DNA of 54,783 nt from Candidatus Nanohalarchaeota archaeon QJJ-7. Its GTDB lineage: Archaea; Nanohalarchaeota; Nanosalinia; Nanosalinales; Nanohalalkaliarchaeaceae. The stretch is from the NCBI GenBank assembly GCA_022865215.1, contig JALIDP010000002.1, forward strand, positions 1 to 54,783, in the 5' to 3' direction. Positions 29,025 to 36,283 of this stretch are shown in pieces (positions within the stretch are counted from its first letter, which is position 1; each line of letters starts with the position of its first letter). Below the pieces are notes generated by a model, which saw only the letters and a list, made by a program, of their open reading frames with translations, did not search any database and had not been told where the DNA came from. The translations under genes were made by a program, and so were the position numbers.

Positions 29025-29678
29025 ATGAAGGTTCTCGTACTTTCAGACATCCATGGCGCGGTCAACGAGGTCGAGTCTATACTGAATAAGGAGGAAGAAC
29101 ACGGCCTCATACTCGTGGCTGGAGACATCACAGACACATCAGAGGACGACTACCTGGGTACAGCGAAGGAGATAGTAGAGCTTCTCGGAGAATCCGGGAG
29201 GTTCGTGAAAGCAGTTCCAGGTAACATGGATGATGAAGACATTCTGAAACTCCTGATAGAGAACCGGATCAACCTTCACAAGAACATCTTCTCTCTCCAG
29301 GAACACGAGTTCATCGGTTTCGGTGGCGGGAGAACTCCTGACGGTGTTGAAACTCCTTTCGAACCAGAAGACAGGGAGAGGGGCGAGGTACTGGAACAGC
29401 TGTTACAACGGACCCAGTCAGACAGGCGTGTCGTCGTCTCGCACGAACCGCCGAAAGGTACATCGGCAGACGTGGTTTCAGGAGACCATGTAGGTAGCGA
29501 ATCCCTCCGAAAACTGATAGGGGACGAGGATATAGACCTTGTTATCTGTGGACATATCCACGAATCGAGGACTGTAGACGAGGTCGACGGCACCACTGTT
29601 GTAAACCCGGGATCGGTGAAAGAGGGCAGGTACGCTGTCCTGGAGCTCGGAGATGAACTCGAAATCGACCTCAGATGA
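29025..29678 (+). CDS. Calcineurin-like metallophosphoesterase
   Basis: MKVLVLSDIHG, VAGDITD, GNMD, and VICGHIHE. Confidence 0.85.
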   Translation: MKVLVLSDIHGAVNEVESILNKEEEHGLILVAGDITDTSEDDYLGTAKEIVELLGESGRFVKAVPGNMDDEDILKLLIENRINLHKNIFSLQEHEFIGFGGGRTPDGVETPFEPEDRERGEVLEQLLQRTQSDRRVVVSHEPPKGTSADVVSGDHVGSESLRKLIGDEDIDLVICGHIHESRTVDEVDGTTVVNPGSVKEGRYAVLELGDELEIDLR

Positions 29679-30141
29679 TGATCTAGACCGGTTCTCCGAC
29701 CGTTTAGTCCGGTTAGAGAGCCGGATGGACCGGATAGAGTCCATGGCGACGGGAGGAGAAGGAGGAGAGAACAACGTAGAAGACCTCAGGATGGCTCTCA
29801 ACGGTCTCAGGAGGGAATACCGGGAACTGAAAGAGGAGTTTGAGGACAAGGTCCTGGACTATATCAGGGAGGAGAAGGCAGTCCTTTCAGAGGTGGACCG
29901 GAAGATCGATAGCCTGAGAGATCTCGATGAAGAGGTAGAAACAAACAGCAAAAAGATAGAATCTAACAGTGAAGAGCTGGAAAAACTACAGGCCGATATG
30001 GGAGACAAAGTGGATGAGGAAAAGTTGAGTGAAAAACTGGGGGAAGTAGAAGAGGAGAGTAGCAGCGAAGACAAGGAGATCGAAGAGAGGGTCAAGAAGC
30101 TGGAGACCCGGATGGACCTCATGGCGGAACGCATGGAATAA
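29653..30141 (+). CDS. Acidic coiled-coil protein, hypothetical
   Basis: A 162-aa ORF with heptad-rich sequence (RLVRLESRMDRIESM..., LEKLQADM..., VKKLETRMDLMAERME). The start overlaps the upstream gene by 26 nt and is uncertain. Confidence 0.5.
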   Translation: MNSKSTSDDDLDRFSDRLVRLESRMDRIESMATGGEGGENNVEDLRMALNGLRREYRELKEEFEDKVLDYIREEKAVLSEVDRKIDSLRDLDEEVETNSKKIESNSEELEKLQADMGDKVDEEKLSEKLGEVEEESSSEDKEIEERVKKLETRMDLMAERME

Positions 30142-30172
30142 AGTTATTAATCGTCATCTCGTTCTTTACTAT

Positions 30173-30370
30173 ATGGCAGAACTCCCCCTGGCACCGGTTA
30201 AAAGGGTCATCAAAAACGCAGGCGCGGACCGTGTGTCCGACGATGCGGTTGAGGCGATGCGGGACCTCCTTGAAGACCGGGCAGAAGATCTGGCGAAGGA
30301 GGCGAAACAGTACGCCAACCACGCCGATAGGAAGACTGTAAAGAAGGAGGATGTCCGGGCCGCTAAATGA
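30173..30370 (+). CDS. Archaeal histone (HMf family)
   Basis: MAELPLAPVKRVIKNAGADRVSDDAVEAMRDLLEDRAEDLAKEAKQYANHADRKTVKKEDVRAAK is collinear with HMfA/B. 65 aa. Confidence 0.9.
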   Translation: MAELPLAPVKRVIKNAGADRVSDDAVEAMRDLLEDRAEDLAKEAKQYANHADRKTVKKEDVRAAK

Positions 30371-30392
30371 TTTTTAACACCTCTGATTTTTT
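30371..30392 (+). terminator. Oligo-T terminator after the histone gene
   Basis: T5 at 30371-30375 and T6 at 30387-30392 lie immediately after the stop codon. Confidence 0.5.
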
Positions 30393-30454
30393 CTTCACAT
30401 TCGTGAGTGGCGTCTAGGCCCACCTTTATATACTGGTCTCACCAACGTGGTTGT

Positions 30455-30795
30455 ATGTCTGAAGGCCCTGCCCAGATGCGGTTCCAGCAGGATCTGGATA
30501 GGGTCAAGACTATCTTTTCTTATAACGAATAGCGGGGGATGATGCCCTTTAGGTGGACCCCGCAGCGAAGTCCTCTAATCAAGTGGGAGCTAGCGGAATA
30601 GGGGCAGGAATTAAAGCGCCTGTCCCTGCGGAAACCCTGAGAAAAAAGCAAAGAGGTGAGACAAATGTGTTCGAACTGTCGTGTGGTGGAAACCGAGATG
30701 GCTTCGGAAGCCAGAGAAGATACGGGTCTCCATGTGATACGGGTACATCCCGAGACAGAGGTAAGGGAGATAACAGTATAAACCGTTAGAAGAGG
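30455..30795 (+). ncRNA. Candidate structured RNA locus with RNase P RNA-like motifs (identity unverified)
   Basis: - A TTTATATA box at 30425-30432 predicts a start near 30455.
- A GC hairpin spans 30464-30505.
- A hairpin at 30532-30563 (GCGGGG...CCCCGC) is followed by AGCGAAGUCCUC, close to the RNase P CR-I motif GAGGAAAGUCC.
- A further hairpin pairs GGGGCAGG (30601-30608) with CCUGUCCC (30619-30626).
- GGAAACC, AGCAAAG, ACAGAGGUAAGGG and a second ACAG are present.
- CCUCU (30572-30576) is complementary to AGAGG (30757-30761).
- The only ORFs here are a 25-codon and a 78-codon one with no protein-like features. Confidence 0.35.
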
Positions 30796-30796
30796 T

Positions 30797-31186
30797 TCAG
30801 GAGCTCTCCTCTACGGGCGACTCTCCCGATTCGAGCGAGTCGACAAGGTTTTTCCAGGAGACCGAGAAATTCCTCATTGCGTTCCCGAACTTGTTCGATA
30901 GCTGGATCGAGCCCTCGAACTTCTTCCACTGTACTATCCCCATCGGTACAAGGTGTTCTCTCAAAACCTTGTAGACAGTGTGGCGGTTGTGGCCTTTCTC
31001 CTGCAACCGGTTAACCGCTCTAGAGACTTCCAGTTCATGTCTTCCTTCAACCTTCTCCGACTCCTCCTGAAACATCACCAGGATATCGCGAGTTATCTCC
31101 CTGTAGGCCTCCTGAGTGGGAAAAATAAGTTCCAACATCTTTTCCGGATTCATCCGCGTGGAACAGTCATCGTAGTCTAGTTTCAT
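30797..31186 (-). CDS. Hypothetical protein with a predicted winged-helix DNA-binding segment
   Basis: I prefer the ATG at 31186 (MKLDYDD...) because it forms an ATGA overlap with the stop of the upstream 85-aa ORF. The wHTH-like stretch is VSRAVNRLQEKGHNRHTVYKVLREHLVPMGIVQWKKFEGSIQLS. Confidence 0.5.
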   Translation of the reverse strand: MKLDYDDCSTRMNPEKMLELIFPTQEAYREITRDILVMFQEESEKVEGRHELEVSRAVNRLQEKGHNRHTVYKVLREHLVPMGIVQWKKFEGSIQLSNKFGNAMRNFSVSWKNLVDSLESGESPVEESS

Positions 31187-31440
31187 CCTTCTACCACGTT
31201 TCCCCATCTGCTTCTTGAACGGCTGGGATGATATGCCAGTGAAAACCCCTCATCGTCACTGAACTCCCATACATAAGGTCTTCCATTTATCTCCTTCTTA
31301 ACATTTTCACGCAATTCCTGTTCGTAACCTTTCCGCGTATTATTCGAGTAATGGGCATAAATCCAGTCTTCTTCCGAATCTATAGCAGCCATGACCTCTT
31401 CAATATCCTTCTCAAGGTCGCCTTCAAGCTCTACATCCAT
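31183..31440 (-). CDS. Small acidic hypothetical protein (85 aa)
   Basis: An ORF translationally coupled (ATGA) to the downstream wHTH gene. No family was recognised. Confidence 0.45.
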   Translation of the reverse strand: MDVELEGDLEKDIEEVMAAIDSEEDWIYAHYSNNTRKGYEQELRENVKKEINGRPYVWEFSDDEGFSLAYHPSRSRSRWGNVVEG

Positions 31441-31492
31441 TACAGTTCCGGATTAGAACCAAGAAAGTTAAATGTAACTTTCCTGTCAACAG

Positions 31493-32077
31493 TCACCAGT
31501 AGTCCGGCTCGTTCCCTTCCTTCCACTTTATGGAACAGCCCCTGGAAGGCATGAAATCCATTTCTATAGGCTCTCCCGCGAGGACCGACTCGATAGCTTC
31601 ACGCATGTGATGTTCTTTAGGCTCCTCCCCGGGGTCCAGGGCATCGTCCAGTCTTCCGTGGTAGACCAGTCTGAAACCGTCTTTTTCCTGCTTGAAGAGG
31701 AACGGATCCGGCGTGCAGACCGCTCCATACTCCTTCGCAACCTCCTGATCTTCGTCTCTCAGGTAGGCATCGTACCGGATTTCCCCGGCCTCGACCAGTT
31801 TTTTCATCTTCTCGAACGAGTCATCAGCGTACTCATCTGCGTCGTTGGGGTTAATCCCAATGACCGCCACATCCTCGTAATCTTCTGCTATAGAGTTCAG
31901 GACGGGCATCTTCGCCTTCGCGTAGGGGCAGTGGTTGCATGTGAACACGATAAGAACAGCCTCGTTATCCGAAAAATCTTCCAGCGAATGAGTACCACCA
32001 TCCACACCGTGAAGCGAGAACTCCGGTGCTTCGTCTCCTTCACCCAGCCTATCGCGGATAGATTCTTCCACTGACAT
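31493..32077 (-). CDS. Thioredoxin-fold thiol-disulfide oxidoreductase (AhpC/TSA-redoxin-like)
   Basis: APEFSL...LIVFTCNHCPYAKA (CxxC), IGINPND, and C-terminal CSIKW. Confidence 0.8.
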   Translation of the reverse strand: MSVEESIRDRLGEGDEAPEFSLHGVDGGTHSLEDFSDNEAVLIVFTCNHCPYAKAKMPVLNSIAEDYEDVAVIGINPNDADEYADDSFEKMKKLVEAGEIRYDAYLRDEDQEVAKEYGAVCTPDPFLFKQEKDGFRLVYHGRLDDALDPGEEPKEHHMREAIESVLAGEPIEMDFMPSRGCSIKWKEGNEPDYW

Positions 32078-32153
32078 GTCCTGGTCCTGCGACTACAGCC
32101 CTAAATAGATAACGACGTATAATAGTGCTATTTCGAAGTAATAAAAAGTTTAG

Positions 32154-32867
32154 GTGTGTGGCGAAGGTGTGGCTCAAGAGATAGGATCAAGCAAGACACC
32201 CGGATGGGTCCAGGACCTCCGTGGAGAAGGTTTCGAAGGGTGGAGGAACACCGCGGGCAGCTCTCCTGATAGACTCTACCGTATGGGGCACGCTGACGTG
32301 GTAGACGAATACTTTTCCGGAGAAGACGTTATCGTTGATGTTGGATGTTCCAACGGCAGCACCTCTACCAACCTCTCGAACACTACCGAAGCAGAAATCA
32401 TGGGGGTCGATCTTCCACAGGTCCTGAGTAGATCGGAACTTTCAGAAAACCAGTACGGAGAGGGCTCTCAACCACAATACGTGGGCGGCCTGTCCCCGCA
32501 CCTGCCTCTCCAAGATAGTTCGGTAGACGGCGTGGCAGCCCTGAACTCTCTTACTTACCTGGCTCGCCAGATGGAGGACCCAGAAGAGTTCAGTAAGTCC
32601 GTACTGGAAGACTTTGCACGGATAACTAACCCGGGAGGCTATGTCCTGCTGGGGGAACAGACAGAAAGCAGCTATCTCGTTCTGCAGGAAGATTCTGAAT
32701 CAGGAAGGAGCTGGCAGATATCCGATTTCGATGCCGAAGTCAGAGACACAGATCGAGAACTGGCAAGGGATGGAGAGAGATCACTCCACATTCGCTACGA
32801 ACCCTGGGTATCCTCCCCAGAAGTGGAGTGGAGCGATCACAGGCCCCAAGAAACATATAAAATATAA
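32154..32867 (+). CDS. Class I SAM-dependent methyltransferase
   Basis: Motif I VIVDVGCSNG and post-I MGVDL, then DGVAALNSLTY...ITNPGGYVLL. The start is uncertain: the track start is a GTG at 32154, with an alternative ATG at 32283. Confidence 0.65.
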   Translation: MCGEGVAQEIGSSKTPGWVQDLRGEGFEGWRNTAGSSPDRLYRMGHADVVDEYFSGEDVIVDVGCSNGSTSTNLSNTTEAEIMGVDLPQVLSRSELSENQYGEGSQPQYVGGLSPHLPLQDSSVDGVAALNSLTYLARQMEDPEEFSKSVLEDFARITNPGGYVLLGEQTESSYLVLQEDSESGRSWQISDFDAEVRDTDRELARDGERSLHIRYEPWVSSPEVEWSDHRPQETYKI

Positions 32868-33021
32868 CATGTTTTGTAGAACAATTTTCATGCGGCGCCC
32901 CCAGGTTTGAGGAGTGTTCTTATAAGACGAACATACAAGATTATCAAGTAGTGATAAAAAAGATTTTATCTAGAACAAGGTTTGAAATATATATTCTAAC
33001 GCACACAATACCTTTCATGAT

Positions 33022-33046
33022 GAGTGTTCTTATAGAACGAACACTC
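33022..33046. repeat. Palindrome GAGTGTTC-N9-GAACACTC, one of three GAGTGTTC-containing palindromic elements
   Basis: Arms at 33022-33029 and 33039-33046 are perfectly complementary. Related copies lie at 32912-32934 (imperfect) and 33368-33392 (GAGTGT...ACACTC). Confidence 0.7.
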
Positions 33047-33230
33047 ACTCTACCCTCCTTTATAAAGTGGCCAAGTTAGTAAACAGTTACCGTCACAGTC
33101 AACAAAATCGCGGCTCGATCCAGTGACTCGCTCGGTCTGTTGACCGGATCGTTCACATTTTTATACAGGGGGGAAGTGGGGTTGATGAAGGGCCAGAGAC
33201 ATATAGAAAAACGACGTCTTTCCACTCAAA

Positions 33231-33352
33231 CACCCAGTCTGCCCCGGTTCTTGACAAAAACCGGTTAACTTGGCAAGATCCTGGCGAAGAACCCGGGGTA
33301 TCTGTTCGAAAGACAGTGAAAGAAACGCACCCTTCGGAGGTTGCACTGGGTG
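33231..33352. ncRNA. Candidate structured RNA of unknown class in a convergent spacer
   Basis: Nested long-range helices: CACCCAGT (33231-33238) pairs with ACTGGGTG (33345-33352), and CCCCGGTTCTT (33242-33252) pairs with AAGAACCCGGGG (33287-33298, one bulge). Local hairpins are CTGT-TCGAAAG-ACAG (33302-33316) and CCTTCGGAGG (33331-33340). The strand is not resolved. Confidence 0.35.
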
Positions 33353-33469
33353 CGGTAAAGGGCCGACGAGTGTTCGTTCACAACACACACTCATATATCC
33401 AAACCTTGTTGGAAAATACACCTTTCATAAACAATGTTACAAAAACATTACTTAAGAAAACATGTTCTC

Positions 33470-33739
33470 TCACTCATCAATCTTTCTCATGAACTCGTCC
33501 ATCGCATCGGCGAGCTCCTGGCCGTGGTCGGTGAGATCTATCAGTTTCTTCCTGCCCTCCTCGGAGAACTCTATCAACCCCTTCTCCTCGAACTTGTCCA
33601 GGATCTTGACAGTATGAGAATAGGTGCAATCCGCCTCTTTTGACAGGACAGAGGCATATTTCCGCTCCTCACCCCGGTTGAGCCCTACCAGTATCCGGGC
33701 CGGCTTGCTCTGCAAGAACATTTCTTCTAAGTCACTCAT
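33470..33739 (-). CDS. Small winged-helix transcriptional regulator (89 aa)
   Basis: From the ATG at 33739: MSDLEEMFLQSKPARILVGLNRGEERKYASVLSKEADCTYSHTVKILDKFEEKGLIEFSEEGRKKLIDLTDHGQEL. The upstream part of the track ORF is Pro/Ser-rich and non-protein-like. Confidence 0.7.
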   Translation of the reverse strand: MSDLEEMFLQSKPARILVGLNRGEERKYASVLSKEADCTYSHTVKILDKFEEKGLIEFSEEGRKKLIDLTDHGQELADAMDEFMRKIDE

Positions 33740-33803
33740 GCTGCCTTCCCCACGCCATTTAGTTCGATAGCTCCCATTAAATAACTTGTGTGATAGCGGT
33801 GAC

Positions 33804-33813
33804 ATATTTATAG
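33804..33813 (+). promoter_or_regulatory. TATA box for the histone-fold gene (leaderless spacing)
   Basis: ATATTTATAG is centred about 27 nt upstream of the ATG at 33835. Confidence 0.5.
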
Positions 33814-33834
33814 CTAAACAGGGCGGTAGCACAC

Positions 33835-34032
33835 ATGGAGATAACAACCGGGGAGATGAAGGAACTTCTGAAGGAGAAAGGCGCATCGGATGTAGAGGAA
33901 GAGGCGGCTGAAGAACTTGCAGAGGTTCTGGAGAACTACATCGGTTACATCACCGAGGAGGCGATAGGGCAGGCAAGGGAGAAGGAGAAAGATGTTATAG
34001 GGAAGGAAGATATACTCGAAGCGGAAAAATGA
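33835..34032 (+). CDS. Divergent histone-fold protein (65 aa)
   Basis: It has the same length and helix-loop-helix-loop-helix layout as the histone at 30173 (GASDVEEEAAEELAEVLENYIGYITEEAIGQAREKEKDVIGKEDILEA). It is much more acidic and lacks the basic N-terminal DNA-contact residues. Confidence 0.6.
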   Translation: MEITTGEMKELLKEKGASDVEEEAAEELAEVLENYIGYITEEAIGQAREKEKDVIGKEDILEAEK

Positions 34033-34069
34033 CACAAGGGTAAAAAGCTTTCCGGCCTATATTTCACCG

Positions 34070-35056
34070 ATGGTCGACGAACTTGTCGAGAAGATTTCTG
34101 AAGAGACTGGAGAACCAGAGGAAGAGATAAAGGAACGCATAGGATCTAAAGTAGAGGAACTTTCCGGACTCGTATCTGAAGAAGGTGCTGCACACCTGGT
34201 GGCAAGGGAGGAAGGTATAGAACTCGCGGAAGCAGGAGACAAGGAACTGACGGTGGAAAATATCGTTCCAGGTATGAACCGGGTCGATCTCAAGTGCAAG
34301 GTAGTGGATATATCTGATATCAATACTTTCGAGCGCGATGAGGGCGAAGAAGGACAGGTAAGGAACGTGGTCCTTGGGGATAGAACAGGGACGGTCCGCC
34401 TCACTCTCTGGAACGACCAGACCGAGGTAGGTGACAAGATAGAGGAGGGAGACAGCATCCACATAAAGAACGCCTACTCCCGGGAGGACAACCGGGGTAA
34501 TGTCGAACTCAGAGTGGGTGACGAGACCAAGATAGGTATGATGGAGGAGGAGATCGATGAAGTCGCAGATACCGGGAATAGTAGCGGGGGAGGTCACCGG
34601 AAGGCGAGGACCAACCAGGTTATGAACGAGAACGTGAACTACGAGGTGGAAGGGACTCTCGTGGAAATTTACGCAGATGAACCTTTCTACAAGGCCTGTC
34701 CAGAATGCCAGAAGAAGGTGGAGAAAGAGGACGGTTCCTGGAGATGCGAGGAGCACGGCGAGGTCGAAGCTTCAGACAACATGATAATCTCGGCCATAAT
34801 AGACGACGGTTACGGCAACCTGAGGACTGTTTTCTTCCGTGAACAGGCCCAGGAGCTTCTGGGACTGGATGAGGACCCTGAAGGCAACCTGGAGACAGTG
34901 CAGTCAGGCGCTGAAGATGTCAAAGGAGAGGAGATTGTAGTAAAAGGTCGCTCGAGATACAACGACTTCTTCAACCGGACAGAACTTATAGGCAATGAGA
35001 TCGAATACAAGAGTGATGACGAGATGCTGGAAGAAAAACTCGCGGTGGTGAGATAA
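34070..35056 (+). CDS. rpa: Replication protein A (ssDNA-binding, OB folds plus zinc ribbon)
   Basis: OB-fold segments (VDLKCKVVDISD...VRNVVLGDRTGTVRLTLWND...GDSIHIKNAY) and the zinc ribbon CPECQKKVEKEDGSWRCEEHG. It lies immediately upstream of radA. Confidence 0.85.
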   Translation: MVDELVEKISEETGEPEEEIKERIGSKVEELSGLVSEEGAAHLVAREEGIELAEAGDKELTVENIVPGMNRVDLKCKVVDISDINTFERDEGEEGQVRNVVLGDRTGTVRLTLWNDQTEVGDKIEEGDSIHIKNAYSREDNRGNVELRVGDETKIGMMEEEIDEVADTGNSSGGGHRKARTNQVMNENVNYEVEGTLVEIYADEPFYKACPECQKKVEKEDGSWRCEEHGEVEASDNMIISAIIDDGYGNLRTVFFREQAQELLGLDEDPEGNLETVQSGAEDVKGEEIVVKGRSRYNDFFNRTELIGNEIEYKSDDEMLEEKLAVVR

Positions 35057-35057
35057 T

Positions 35058-35984
35058 ATGACAGACGACCTTACAGAACTACCTGGCGTGGGAGATAAGA
35101 CTGCAGAAAAGCTAGAGGACGCAGGATACGGTAGCCTGGAGTCTATAGGGGCTTCGAGCGCTGCAGAGTTACAGGAGGCAGCGGATATAGGAGAGAAGAC
35201 TGCTCAATCGGCTATAAGTGCTGCACACGAGCAGCTTGACCATGGATACTCTACAGGCAAAGAAAAGCTAGAGGAGAGGGATGCGGTTAACCGTATAGCT
35301 ACAGGAAGTGAAGAGTTCGACGAACTGATGGGCGGTGGGGTAGAGTCCCACAGCATAACTGAAGTATACGGCGAATACGGCAGCGGGAAGACACAGGTGG
35401 CATTACAGCTTACAGTGAACGTCCAGAAGGGTGAGGAGGGTAAGAAAGCAGTGTTCATCGATACTGAGGACACCTTCATGCCTGAAAGAGTGAAACAGAT
35501 GGCTGAGGCGGAAGATATGGACGCTGAGGAGGTCCTGGACAACATATTCGTGGCTCGGGCCTTCAACTCAGACCACCAGATACTTCTAGGAGACAAGGCC
35601 CAGGAGATCTGCGAGGAGAACGATATCGGCCTCATAGTTGTAGACTCCCTCACAGGAGAGTTCCGGTCCGATTACGTGGGTAGAGGCCAGCTTGCGGAGA
35701 GACAGCAGAAGCTGAACAAACACATGAAGAACCTAAAGAAGTTAGCTTCGACCTATAACGCGGCCGTCATGGTCACCAACCAGGTCATGTCTAACCCGGA
35801 CCAGATGTTCGGCGACCCGACAAAGGCTATAGGAGGCCATATAGCCGGCCACAATTCAACTTTCCGGATATATCTCAGGAAAAGCAAGAAAGATAAGAGG
35901 GTCGCGAGACTCGTCGATTCCCCTTACCTCCCTGAAGGAGAGGCAGCGTTCAAGATTACCGAAGAGGGGATCAGGGACGCTTAA
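35058..35984 (+). CDS. radA: DNA repair and recombination protein RadA
   Basis: N-terminal HhH (LTELPGVGDKTAEKLEDAGY), Walker A GEYGSGKTQ, Walker B LIVVDSL, and VMVTNQV. Confidence 0.95.
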   Translation: MTDDLTELPGVGDKTAEKLEDAGYGSLESIGASSAAELQEAADIGEKTAQSAISAAHEQLDHGYSTGKEKLEERDAVNRIATGSEEFDELMGGGVESHSITEVYGEYGSGKTQVALQLTVNVQKGEEGKKAVFIDTEDTFMPERVKQMAEAEDMDAEEVLDNIFVARAFNSDHQILLGDKAQEICEENDIGLIVVDSLTGEFRSDYVGRGQLAERQQKLNKHMKNLKKLASTYNAAVMVTNQVMSNPDQMFGDPTKAIGGHIAGHNSTFRIYLRKSKKDKRVARLVDSPYLPEGEAAFKITEEGIRDA

Positions 35985-36253
35985 ACTATGTCGTCCTGAC
36001 TTACTATAACAAAGTCCCCTACTGACTTGACTGCGCTGAAGGGTACCATGTAACTTCCCGCGGAATTCTGCTCAACATTCATCTCATCGAGGTTCTGTGT
36101 CGCGTCGGTTATCAAGAGGTTCATCAGCTCTCCTGTCTCAGAGACAAAGCTGACATCGTTGACCTCACCAAAAGTCTTTCCCTTTTCTTCGCTTACTATA
36201 GTCTTACCGACGAGATTGTTACCCCGGATTTTTCCTGTCATTTTAGACCACAT
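35981..36253 (-). CDS. PRC-barrel domain protein (90 aa)
   Basis: NLVGKTIVSEEKGKTFGEVNDVSFVSETGELMNLLI...VPFSAVKSVGDFVIV is the typical single PRC-barrel pattern. Confidence 0.7.
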   Translation of the reverse strand: MWSKMTGKIRGNNLVGKTIVSEEKGKTFGEVNDVSFVSETGELMNLLITDATQNLDEMNVEQNSAGSYMVPFSAVKSVGDFVIVSQDDIV

Positions 36254-36283
36254 TCACCCTTTCCGGTCCCACCATTATATAAG

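Noticed and set aside
30553-30789. 78-aa plus-strand ORF (MDPAAKSSNQVGASGIG...)
   Set aside because: It starts at a non-ATG codon, is low complexity, lies across the strongest RNA-type helices, and has no TATA at the right distance. I treat it as part of the candidate ncRNA locus.
33182-33188. UGAUGA (C-box-like) suggesting a C/D-box sRNA
   Set aside because: No CUGA D or D' box lies at the appropriate distance, and there is no terminal stem.
33161-33421. 86-aa minus-strand ORF in the convergent spacer
   Set aside because: It is Cys/Pro/Gly-rich with no motif, and it spans the nested helices and palindromes. It is more likely non-coding.
33740-33886. Upstream 49 codons of the track ORF 33470..33886
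   Set aside because: The extension is Pro/Ser/Leu-rich and crosses the divergent promoter. The wHTH domain begins at the ATG at 33739.
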